A program made the translations under genes and the position numbers. Below the pieces are notes generated by a model. It made no database searches. It was not told the DNA's origin and was given only the letters and a program-made list of their open reading frames with translations. From Candidatus Undinarchaeota archaeon (lineage in GTDB: Archaea; SpSt-1190; JASMDC01): DNA of 64,000 bases. Every line of letters begins with the position of its first letter. The stretch's first letter is position 1. Below are positions 55,358-64,000 of the stretch, in pieces. The stretch covers positions 1-64,000 of the forward strand of contig CAZFHY010000014.1 of assembly GCA_964519305.1 (NCBI GenBank), in the 5' to 3' direction.

Positions 55358-56734
55358 ATGGACGCTGAACACCTAGTTCCGCCAGATGAGCTCTACGACA
55401 AGGCGGTAACCTTCTTCGAGGGTGTCAGCAAGTACGACAAAGTGCTGGTCTATGGTGACGGTGATCCTGATGGGATGACCGCAGCGGTATGCGTGTCCGA
55501 GGTGCTGGACGCCCGACTCGCCACCTATGATGTGCGGTTCACCCGGGGCCAGCTCAATACAAAGGATGTCGAACAGGTGGCACGTGGCGGGTACAACAAG
55601 ATCTACTGCACTGACTTCTGGGAGATCTACGAGTCGCCCGTAGAGGTCGTCGCCGACATGGTCGAGAAGGTGAAGGAGTTCGTGGTGTATGATCATCATG
55701 ACATCCGCACCGCGGGGCGAGAGAACCTCGACCGCCTGTACGAGGAACTTGACAGGCGTGGCATCCGTGACCGGTTCACTCTCATAAATCCTAATCTGGA
55801 GGGCGTCGTCGAAGTCCCCAATGGCTCGGCATGGGAGTACCGGGTCGCCGAGCGGTACGTCGCCCGCCACCCGCGGGCGTTGCTCGGTAAGCATATGGCG
55901 CGACTCAAGGAGGTGGCGACAGCAGGAGCGATCCTCGACTACTGTGCACCACAGTCTGCCGACCTCGTGGCCGAGACGCTGCTCGAGCATCCCGATTCCC
56001 TCGACTGCGACCGGACGGTCCTGAGGAAAGCGCTGGATGACTACCAGAACGCCATACCGGAGGACGCTGTTACGTTTACTGCACTGAAGGAAGCACTGCC
56101 GTCGCAGAACGAACTGCTCGGCTCAACCTTCGGTCTCGCCGGGCGTAACACGTTCGCCAATTGGATTGTCGCTGGATGGCGCGGAGCACAGGACGTGTAT
56201 AAGGCGGCCAAGTCCATGGTCCGCGGAACTGGCTCCTTCAATGACCTCGTAGAGGACACGGGCAGGTTCCCTGCGTACTTCAAGAACGTGAACCGCGTGG
56301 AGGGCGAACTGACTTCACAGTACGCGATATTCGAAAAGGACCTGGAGCGTCACGAGCGGGGAGAGGATACGACCGCGACCTCGTTCGATGACGAGCTGGA
56401 GCTCGCTGTGTTCCAGTACTCCTCGGAGGATCCCTTGCGTTTCGCCAGCCATCTGTCCACAAACCTGCGCGACCGACATCCAGAGTTCACTTGGTTCGTA
56501 TACCAGATCAACGAGGAGAAGGGGTGGGCCGGTGGGAGCCTGCGTCTTGACGAGGAGCATTTCCCACAGTACGACCTCGCCCGCGCTGTAGCCGAAGCGT
56601 CAAAGGGCATTGACGGGGCACGCGGTGGTGGCCACAGTGCCGCCAGTGGAGCGAGCATGGCCGAGAAGGACCTCCCGCAGTTCATTGAGCGTATCAAGGA
56701 AGAGCTCAGGCAGCAGCGGAGTGCACCTGAATAA
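55358..56734 (+). CDS. DHH/DHHA1 family phosphoesterase (RecJ-like)
   Basis: YGDGDPDG, TD, YDHH, GSLR, GGGHSAASG. Confidence 0.88.
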   Translation: MDAEHLVPPDELYDKAVTFFEGVSKYDKVLVYGDGDPDGMTAAVCVSEVLDARLATYDVRFTRGQLNTKDVEQVARGGYNKIYCTDFWEIYESPVEVVADMVEKVKEFVVYDHHDIRTAGRENLDRLYEELDRRGIRDRFTLINPNLEGVVEVPNGSAWEYRVAERYVARHPRALLGKHMARLKEVATAGAILDYCAPQSADLVAETLLEHPDSLDCDRTVLRKALDDYQNAIPEDAVTFTALKEALPSQNELLGSTFGLAGRNTFANWIVAGWRGAQDVYKAAKSMVRGTGSFNDLVEDTGRFPAYFKNVNRVEGELTSQYAIFEKDLERHERGEDTTATSFDDELELAVFQYSSEDPLRFASHLSTNLRDRHPEFTWFVYQINEEKGWAGGSLRLDEEHFPQYDLARAVAEASKGIDGARGGGHSAASGASMAEKDLPQFIERIKEELRQQRSAPE

Positions 56735-56876
56735 ATGTCCGCATGATGCCAGTGGGACACCGTTCGACCAATCCCGACATGCCGGTGTCGTCCCGGCACC
56801 TCGCGGTATAACAATTTAAAACTGAGATACCTCTAGCTTGTTGATACACCGATGGGTGTATAGGAGGTGGCATCTT

Positions 56877-57152
56877 ATGTGTAGTAACGAATTCGATGCA
56901 AGGACCGCGGGTTTCTTTGTCCTCTCACTCTGCGCCATGCTGATGTTGTTGAAGTTCATCTCGCCGGAAACACTGCTCCTGTCGATGATCAGTCTGATCC
57001 TTCTGGTCCTGATCATTTTCCTCAGGATCGATGTTATTGAGAACCGGAAGATTCTTTCCGATATCAGGGATGAGTTGAAGAGTCTGAAGGATAAGAAGGA
57101 CGAAAAGAAGGACGAAAAGAAGGACGAAAAGAAGGACGAAAAGAAGAAGTGA
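56877..57152 (+). CDS. Small 2-TM protein with (KKDE)n tail
   Basis: ATG after GGAGGTG; two hydrophobic helices; charged repeat tail. Confidence 0.65.
   Translation: MCSNEFDARTAGFFVLSLCAMLMLLKFISPETLLLSMISLILLVLIIFLRIDVIENRKILSDIRDELKSLKDKKDEKKDEKKDEKKDEKKK
57093..57146 (+). repeat. 12-bp tandem repeat (AAGAAGGACGAA) x4.5
   Basis: Four exact copies plus a half copy, encoding KKDE. Confidence 0.92.
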
Positions 57153-57184
57153 GGTCCCCACAAAGGGGCCTCATTCCCTCTTTT
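57150..57184 (+). terminator. Hairpin plus pyrimidine/T tract
   Basis: TGAGGTCCC...GGGCCTCA stem at the stop codon, followed by TTCCCTCTTTT. Confidence 0.5.
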
Positions 57185-57250
57185 CGGGGGTAAGGGGGCC
57201 GAAAAACCGTGTTATTTTTATACTCCGGACGCTGCTCCCCTCTACTATCC

Positions 57251-58036
57251 ATGCGAAGTGCTGTCACGCTACTAGTGCTCGTTCTCATCTGCGGCTGCAC
57301 CGGCGGTCCGGCGGACGACCTCGCAGCCAACACCACTACAGCAGGTACGGACGCACATGATAGGGCGAACCTATTATCGAAGGAGGCGTTACCGCTCCGT
57401 GTAGCACAACGTGAGCCGCTGGACCTCACAAGTGTCGAGAGCTTCGGACATTACCAGCGTTTCTGCAACGAGACCAACGTCCTCGTCGACGAGATGAACC
57501 GGGAGTTCGACCTCGGGATGCCTCGCATGGAGGCCACGCGTGAGGGCTGGGATAAGGCCGCCGTGACGATCAATGAGTATGGCCCGCTCATCCGCACGCA
57601 CAACGAGCTCATCGACACGGCCCGCGCTTATGAGAAGGAGCCTACAGAGGCGAACCTGGAACTCTTCTATCGCAAGTCAGGACGCTTCGCCCTGGAGACG
57701 ACGCTCATCTCAGGCCTGGTATTCTCGGTCCCCGGAATCACCATCATCAGAGTGGGTTATCACGCGACCAAGGTCAACCGGTTCGACTGGGACCGTTCCA
57801 GCAGCGTCACCAGGATGCTCAGTGAGGCCAGGGACACGACGAAGGAAGTGCTCGTCGAGACGAGCCAGACGCCGGCCGACGAGGCGATCGAGGGTATCCT
57901 CGAGATGGCGAAAGAGCAGGATGGGATTGAAGCGAGCTTCGATGATCTGAACGAGTCCCTCGGCGACCTGAAGGACGAGCTCGTCAGCGGGCTCGACGAT
58001 GTCCGACGTCAGGCGGCCGAGATCACGGACAGCTGA
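57251..58036 (+). CDS. Hypothetical lipoprotein
   Basis: MRSAVTLLVLVLICGC lipobox-like signal; ATG about 30 nt after TTTTATA. Confidence 0.7.
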   Translation: MRSAVTLLVLVLICGCTGGPADDLAANTTTAGTDAHDRANLLSKEALPLRVAQREPLDLTSVESFGHYQRFCNETNVLVDEMNREFDLGMPRMEATREGWDKAAVTINEYGPLIRTHNELIDTARAYEKEPTEANLELFYRKSGRFALETTLISGLVFSVPGITIIRVGYHATKVNRFDWDRSSSVTRMLSEARDTTKEVLVETSQTPADEAIEGILEMAKEQDGIEASFDDLNESLGDLKDELVSGLDDVRRQAAEITDS

Positions 58037-58424
58037 TCTGCGGGACGGACGTCAGTGATACCGATTGTGCATGCCTGCGATGCTCATGCTCTGGAATAGA
58101 TGGTCCCGTAGCTCATGCTCCCGCGGCGCAGTATGACTCGATAAAAGGCGCGGATGAGCGTCCATCTAACGAGTTCCATGCGAAGGAGCTGGCTCAAGGA
58201 CATTTCCGAGATATCGGGGCGGGCATGCGAAGGCCTTTTCATACCTTCGGCAGGGGGGGGCATACTCTGCATCTAGCAATGAGCTACGACCTCGGGCCAT
58301 ATGAACCTTGCACACTTATTCTCTATACGATATCAATGGTAAAGATGTCCCCATCTACCAATGGCCCGATGTGACGTCACCGAGGGAGAGATATTTAAGA
58401 GTCGTTCGTCGTTTAAAGAACGTC

Positions 58425-58661
58425 ATGGGTGTTGCCGACCGGGATTACATGAAGGGCGGGTACGATGAGGGTGACCACCCACCTGCATGTACCTGCTGGA
58501 AATGTAACGAGGTCCGGCGTCGCCGTCGCGCAGAAGAGGGGCCGAGGTCGGAAGATGGAGGGGAGGAAATGTTCGAAGGGCTCCCGGGGATCCTCCAGAA
58601 CCGTGTGTTCTGGGCCGCGATCGCCATGCTCGCGGGATTCTTCCTCCTGCGGGCGCTGTGA
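58425..58661 (+). CDS. Small protein with HxxxCxCxxC motif and C-terminal TM
   Basis: MGVADRDYM start after AT-rich boxes; HPPACTCWKC; hydrophobic C-terminus. Confidence 0.6.
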   Translation: MGVADRDYMKGGYDEGDHPPACTCWKCNEVRRRRRAEEGPRSEDGGEEMFEGLPGILQNRVFWAAIAMLAGFFLLRAL

Positions 58662-58753
58662 GCGGTCCTGGAACGAAATATATATTTTGTATGGGTATTT
58701 TGGATACTCACATAACCGCTGAGTGGCACATAGATTATTAGGGAGGCATAGGA

Positions 58754-61700
58754 TTGGTAATCAAGTTATCCGCACATGGACGCAACAGGGCACAAATGGC
58801 AGTGGAGTTCCTGTTGAGCTATGGGTGGCTTATGGTCATCATCGTGATCGCGGGGGCAGCCATGTACGCCATGGGCATCCTCCGCCCAGGTACCTATGTC
58901 AAGACACATTGTGTTGGATTCGAGAGGCTCCATTACCACGACCACCTCTTCGGTGCTCCGGGGGAGCCCTTCATCTGGAACATGGAACACGATGATAGCG
59001 ATTATGACGACCGTGAGAGCGTGTTCGATCTACGGATCCAGAACGGTGCTGGGATCATGCTACGCGTCACTGAGATGGACGTGCATTATCCCGAGGGCAC
59101 TCACGTGAAGTGGTCCGAGAAGGGCTTTGGCTGCGCCTATTACAATACAGCAGGGAACGTCAGCTCGGGATGCCGCGAGCAGAACGTGTCCGAGGCCGAG
59201 CTGACGACCCTCTCCGTCGAGGACGTCGGAGCGGGCACGCTGGACCTGAAGCATGGCTCGGTCTATCATATGAAGGTGAAGGTGACCTTCGACATTTTCA
59301 CACAACTCGGAGACCATTCAGAGACGGCAATCTGCTCTGGCAAGATCGAGGCTGGAGGGACGACCATCTCGGCCATGTCCGTACAAACGTACACCCTCGA
59401 CTCGAGCTTCGGAGGTGCGGACGCGGTGTATGCCACGGACATTGACGGTGACGGGGACAATGACATCCTGGGAGCTTCGTTCAACCTCGACGATATCTCG
59501 TGGTGGGAGAACGGCAATGACTGGGCAAAACACGACGTCGACACGAATTTCGACGGTGCTCGATTCGTTTATGCCGTAGATATTTCCGGCGACAGTGTCG
59601 TGGACGTGTTCGGTGCGGCGAATGGAGGGAACGAGATCGCGTACTGGACGAACAACGGGGATGGATCGAGCTGGTCCAAGACCAGCATCGACTCGAGCTT
59701 CGGTGGCGCCTGTTCTGTGTACGTGGCGGACATCAACGGTGACGGCAGCCTGGACGTCCTCGGAGCGGCCAACCTGACCGACCAGATCGCTTGGTGGAAG
59801 AACACCGGTGGCGGGTGGTCCAAGGGCACGCTCGCCAGCGATTTCGATGCGGCGCGCGACGTATATGCAGTGGACATCGACGGTGACGATGACCTCGACG
59901 TTCTCGGAGCGGCCTACAACAGCGACGAGATCGCCTGGTGGGAGAACGGCGGTGGCACATCGCCCTCATTCTCAAAGCACACAATCGACTCGAGCTTCGA
60001 CGGTGCCAGTTCGGTCATGGGGATCGACATGGACGGCGACGGCGACAATGACGTCGTCGGAGGCGCTTATGAGGCCGGTAGTATCGTCTGGTGGGAGAAC
60101 GACAACGGCGATGGTTCCAGCTGGACGAGCCATGAGATATCAGGGGATTACGAGCACGTGACATCGATCTTCGCCATGGATATGGACGGTGACGGGGATA
60201 TCGACGTCGTCGCCGCCCAGTACAACGACGGATCGGTCTCCTGGTTCGAGAACACAGGTGTCCGCTGGGAGCAGCGGATGGTACAGAGCAGTTTCCACGG
60301 AGCCATGTCGGTCCACGCGGCCGACCTATCGGGTGACAGCTTCCCCGACGTGCTCGGGGCCGCAGAGATTGTCGACACGGTCTCCTGGTGGGAACTGACC
60401 CACACACGACGGGCAGGACAAGGACGGGGCGGTACATCAGGCTCGTCCTCCGGCAGCGGTACCGGCAGCGGTACCGGCAGCGGTACCGGGAGCGGAACGG
60501 GCAGTGGAACCGGTTCAGGCACAGGGACCGGCACCGGTAGCGGTTCTGGTGGCGACACGAGCCCGCCGTCCATCACGCTCACATCGGTCGGAGGCGACAG
60601 TTCCACCGCCTATTCGACCTCTGACAACACACCCGATATTGCTATCACTACCGACGAGAACGGGTCCTGCCGTGCCAGTGCGACCGACGAGAGCTACACA
60701 GACATGAGCGATGACATCACCTGCTCCGGCGGCGGTAGCACCAGCCACACATGCACGTTCACAACGCTTTCCGATGGTTCAACGACGCTATATGTCGCCT
60801 GCACAGATACGAGCAGCAACGAGCACACAGCATCCACGAATACCGGGATAACTCTTGAAGTCGACACAGCGACACCCACCCAGTCCGGATGGGACCCGGC
60901 CGACCAGGCATCCGTGTCCTCCAGCTCACCGACGATCAACATAACGCTGAACGAGAACGGTGACTGCAAGTGGAGCCTCACCGACCAGGCCTACGGTGAC
61001 ATGACGGGCGACTGCACGGGCGACGGGACCACGTCGATCTTGTGCGCGACCAGCGGGCTCGTGACCGGGACCGAGGAGATCTTCATCGCGTGCCGCGACG
61101 ACACCGACACTTCGCCGAACGCTGACACAACGGACTCCAACTCGGAGCTCACGTACACGGTCAGCGAGGGCGGCGTCGCCGGTATCACCCTCACGTCCGC
61201 GGGCGGAGATTCCTCCACTGGGGACGTCTCGACCTCCGACAACACTCCTGAGATAGTCATCACCACCGGCGAGAACGCCTACTGCCGTGCAGGAACCTCC
61301 GACGAGAGCTACGGTGATATGGCGGACGACATCACCTGCACCGGTGGCGGTGGCACCAGCCACACTTGCACCTTCCCGACACAGTCGGATGGGACCGTGA
61401 CGCTACACGTCTCGTGCAAGGACGGTGACGGCAACGAGGACACCTCGGAGACGAACATCGACATAACCATGACCATCGACACCCAGCCGCCATCGACGTC
61501 CGGTGAGTCACCGTCAAGCGGATCGACTGTCACCACAACCTCTCCGACCATCACCATCACCCTTGACGAAGCAGGAGACTGCAAGTGGGACCTTGACGAC
61601 GACGCCTACGCTAGCATGTCGGGCGACTGCACCGGCGATGGTACGACGTCCATCTCGTGCGCTACCAGCGAGATACACGCGGGCGAGGAGATAGTCTACA

Positions 61701-62848
61701 TAGGGTGCCGTGACGAGACCGAGGGCGGTGGGGCCAACGGCGACACCGCGGATACCAACACCGAGATATCGCTCACCGTTGACGCGGACGCGATCGCGGA
61801 CACGGAGGCCATCGGTAGCGGCTACAGCGTGGTCATCGGCGACACCGGAGGCTACGTGACGATCCTGCGTAACGACTATGCGGACAACACACACTGGACG
61901 GCCATCCAGGTGGACCAGCACGACAACGTCGGTGATGTGGCCGTCGGCGATTTCAACGGCGACGACGAGGTCGATATCGTATCGGGCTCGAGCACAGGCC
62001 GTATCTACTTCTACGAGCAGACCTCGAGCGGTGACGGCTCGGCATGGGACACGATCACGTGGACCGGGAGCTCATCCGCTGTGAAAGGCATCGCCCTGAT
62101 GAACCTTGACGGTGATAGCGACGATGACATGGCGACCGCTCATTCAGGCGGTGAGGTCAGACGCTCCCTCAATCCCGGCACCGGTGGCGCTTGGACTAAC
62201 ACCACGATCGCGGACTTCAGCAATCCTGTCGCGCTCACATCGCTCGACGTGGGCGACGTCGACGGCGACAACGACCTGGACTACGTGGTAGGGGACGGTG
62301 CGAACAAGGTTCGGCTGGTCCTGGATAGCGGCGGTTGGAGCTCCTTGACGGTATACAGCGGGACCAAGGACGTCAACGATGTGGCCTTCGGCAACATCAA
62401 TGGCGCGGGCGGCCTGGACATAGTCATGGGCGGTACCGATGCGGCCGTCAGCTTCCTCACCAACACCGGCGGCTCGTTTACAGGACCCACCACGATCGGC
62501 AGCCTCTCCAACACGCTCTGGGCGCTGGACGTCTACGACGTGGACGGTGACGGTGACCTCGATGTCGTGACCGGAGACGGTGGAGGCAGCACCGGATACG
62601 TCAAGCTCCACCGCAACGGTGGTGGCGGGAGCAGCTGGACCTCGGTCACTGTGCGCACGTCCTCGGGTGGCGACATCAACGCCGTGGAGATCATCGACGT
62701 GGACCAGGACGGCGACGGCGACGTGCTCTCGGCTGGAAAGGACAACCTCGTGGTGCTGAGCATCAACGACGGTAACTACAACGACAACTGGTCGTCGTCA
62801 ACGATGTACACCGCGACCCACACGGTCAACACGCTGGCGCCCATCTGA
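58754..62848 (+). CDS. Large surface adhesin: class III signal/pilin domain, FG-GAP/VCBS propellers, Cys-containing Ig-like repeats
   Basis: RA|QMAVEFLLSYGW prepilin motif; many D.DGDGD.DV repeats in two blocks; (GSGT)n linker; duplicated roughly 205-aa module. Confidence 0.88.
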   Translation: MVIKLSAHGRNRAQMAVEFLLSYGWLMVIIVIAGAAMYAMGILRPGTYVKTHCVGFERLHYHDHLFGAPGEPFIWNMEHDDSDYDDRESVFDLRIQNGAGIMLRVTEMDVHYPEGTHVKWSEKGFGCAYYNTAGNVSSGCREQNVSEAELTTLSVEDVGAGTLDLKHGSVYHMKVKVTFDIFTQLGDHSETAICSGKIEAGGTTISAMSVQTYTLDSSFGGADAVYATDIDGDGDNDILGASFNLDDISWWENGNDWAKHDVDTNFDGARFVYAVDISGDSVVDVFGAANGGNEIAYWTNNGDGSSWSKTSIDSSFGGACSVYVADINGDGSLDVLGAANLTDQIAWWKNTGGGWSKGTLASDFDAARDVYAVDIDGDDDLDVLGAAYNSDEIAWWENGGGTSPSFSKHTIDSSFDGASSVMGIDMDGDGDNDVVGGAYEAGSIVWWENDNGDGSSWTSHEISGDYEHVTSIFAMDMDGDGDIDVVAAQYNDGSVSWFENTGVRWEQRMVQSSFHGAMSVHAADLSGDSFPDVLGAAEIVDTVSWWELTHTRRAGQGRGGTSGSSSGSGTGSGTGSGTGSGTGSGTGSGTGTGTGSGSGGDTSPPSITLTSVGGDSSTAYSTSDNTPDIAITTDENGSCRASATDESYTDMSDDITCSGGGSTSHTCTFTTLSDGSTTLYVACTDTSSNEHTASTNTGITLEVDTATPTQSGWDPADQASVSSSSPTINITLNENGDCKWSLTDQAYGDMTGDCTGDGTTSILCATSGLVTGTEEIFIACRDDTDTSPNADTTDSNSELTYTVSEGGVAGITLTSAGGDSSTGDVSTSDNTPEIVITTGENAYCRAGTSDESYGDMADDITCTGGGGTSHTCTFPTQSDGTVTLHVSCKDGDGNEDTSETNIDITMTIDTQPPSTSGESPSSGSTVTTTSPTITITLDEAGDCKWDLDDDAYASMSGDCTGDGTTSISCATSEIHAGEEIVYIGCRDETEGGGANGDTADTNTEISLTVDADAIADTEAIGSGYSVVIGDTGGYVTILRNDYADNTHWTAIQVDQHDNVGDVAVGDFNGDDEVDIVSGSSTGRIYFYEQTSSGDGSAWDTITWTGSSSAVKGIALMNLDGDSDDDMATAHSGGEVRRSLNPGTGGAWTNTTIADFSNPVALTSLDVGDVDGDNDLDYVVGDGANKVRLVLDSGGWSSLTVYSGTKDVNDVAFGNINGAGGLDIVMGGTDAAVSFLTNTGGSFTGPTTIGSLSNTLWALDVYDVDGDGDLDVVTGDGGGSTGYVKLHRNGGGGSSWTSVTVRTSSGGDINAVEIIDVDQDGDGDVLSAGKDNLVVLSINDGNYNDNWSSSTMYTATHTVNTLAPI
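60452..60547 (+). repeat. 12-bp (GGCAGCGGTACC) repeat encoding a GSGT linker
   Basis: Three exact and about five degenerate copies. Confidence 0.85.
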
Positions 62849-62958
62849 GCGGAACGGGCCGACCGTTCAAACGGTTGCGCGAGCGTTGCGGGACGGTTAC
62901 AGGGAACCGATTTAAACAATCGAGCACATAGTCTATCAACAAGGTAGGTGGAGCAGTA

Positions 62959-64000
62959 ATGAAGTTCACGTTCTCACGCAAAGGTCAGGCATCCTTGGAG
63001 TTCCTGATGAGCTACGGGTGGCTGATGGTGATCATCGTCATCGCCGGAGCAGCGCTGTATGGTATGGGTATCCTCAATCCATCCACGTACCGCAAGACCG
63101 GCTGCATCGGTTTCGAGAAGATACACTACCGCGACCATCTCTTCCGTGCCACGGGAACGACGGGGATCTGGGACCTTACCATGGACAATGTGGATGCTGA
63201 CGACCGGGACAGCGACTTCAAGCTCCGTATCCAGAACGGTGGGGGGATGCAGATCCGCGTAAGCAACGTCGACGTCGAGTACCCGGAAGGTGTGCACGTG
63301 ACGTGGGCGGAGCGCGGGTACAACTGTGACTACTACAATACAGCAGGCGACACGACCAGCGGCTGCCGCGAGCAGAACGTGTCCGAGGGCGAGATCGGTA
63401 CGCTCTCCATCGAGGACGTGGGCGCCGGGACGGTGGACCTGCGCCATGGTGCCGGCTACCGGGCCAAGGTGAAGGTCTCCTTTGATGTGTTCAACGCAAT
63501 AGGCGACCATTCCGAGACCGCCATCTGCTCGGGCAAGATCGCGGGCGGCCAGGACCCCGAGGCAATCAGCCTCCTAGTCTCGTCGGGTGCCATCGACGAG
63601 GACGCTGGTACGTCCACCATCACCGCCCGGCTCTCGGGCCACAATGACCTGGACGTGCATGTCGTATTCACCATCTCGGGCACCGCCATTGACGGCACCG
63701 ACTATACCGTTGACCTTTACGAGGTGACCATCCCGCAGGGTGAACTGGAGAAGAGCATCACGATAACGTCCATCCACGACAGGGTGGACGAGGACGACGA
63801 GACCGTCGTGGCGACGATACAGAGCGTCTCCAACATCGCCCACAACCAGCATGGACAGTCGGCGACGGTCACCATCACGGACGATGACGACTCGGGCATC
63901 GTCACCGACAGCACGCCCGAGGTCTACGAGGACTCGGGCGATGGCTCGACGACGGACACGTACCAGGTCAAGATGAACAGTGATCCAACCTCGACCGTCA
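62959..64000 (+). CDS. Paralogous class III signal/pilin-domain adhesin with Calx-beta domain (runs off window; not in ORF track)
   Basis: ATG 62959 MKFTFSRKG|QASLEFLMSYGW; N-domain closely similar to 58754; then E..G....RLS..SGTA..GTDY..D.VDEDDET..VTITDDD Calx-beta pattern. Confidence 0.85.
   Translation, partial: MKFTFSRKGQASLEFLMSYGWLMVIIVIAGAALYGMGILNPSTYRKTGCIGFEKIHYRDHLFRATGTTGIWDLTMDNVDADDRDSDFKLRIQNGGGMQIRVSNVDVEYPEGVHVTWAERGYNCDYYNTAGDTTSGCREQNVSEGEIGTLSIEDVGAGTVDLRHGAGYRAKVKVSFDVFNAIGDHSETAICSGKIAGGQDPEAISLLVSSGAIDEDAGTSTITARLSGHNDLDVHVVFTISGTAIDGTDYTVDLYEVTIPQGELEKSITITSIHDRVDEDDETVVATIQSVSNIAHNQHGQSATVTITDDDDSGIVTDSTPEVYEDSGDGSTTDTYQVKMNSDPTSTV

Noticed and set aside
57093-57146. 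Tandem repeats here and at 60452-60547 as CRISPR or contingency loci
   Set aside because: In-frame 12-bp coding repeats with no spacers; no cas genes in the window.

Overview
A GC-rich (about 60%) archaeal chromosomal window with no mobile elements or CRISPR arrays. The minus-strand rRNA operon (16S, intron-containing tRNA-Ala, 23S; no linked 5S) has a divergent 16S, suggesting a DPANN-like or Altiarchaeota-related lineage (inference). Content includes GT-C glycosyltransferases and SAM methyltransferases, a C13/caspase-like peptidase, three tandem paralogues of an unrecognised membrane family, lrp/glnA, glmM-glmU, a B12 radical SAM enzyme, a Cys-rich transglutaminase lipoprotein, an aconitase/ATP-citrate lyase/monomeric IDH cluster, peptidases, a complete trpEGDCFBA operon, a DHH protein and two large pilin-type (class III signal) adhesins. 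Two things stand out. (1) The trpE frame has no ATG/GTG/TTG between the promoter-proximal ATG and a late, SD-less GTG. That ATG opens a 16-codon leader containing AGG-AGG-GAT-CAT-CTT-TGG, an RF2 (prfB)-like +1 frameshift cassette with a Trp codon in place of the stop. The +1 frame runs straight into trpE, and all seven Trp enzymes contain no Trp. This is a candidate Trp-starvation-gated frameshift switch. (2) A compact cluster (methanogenesis markers 11 and 4/MtxX, a ThDP enzyme, a BioB-like radical SAM enzyme, AksA, AksF) is a candidate for the unassigned late steps of coenzyme B-type biosynthesis, in an archaeon that does not look like a classical methanogen.
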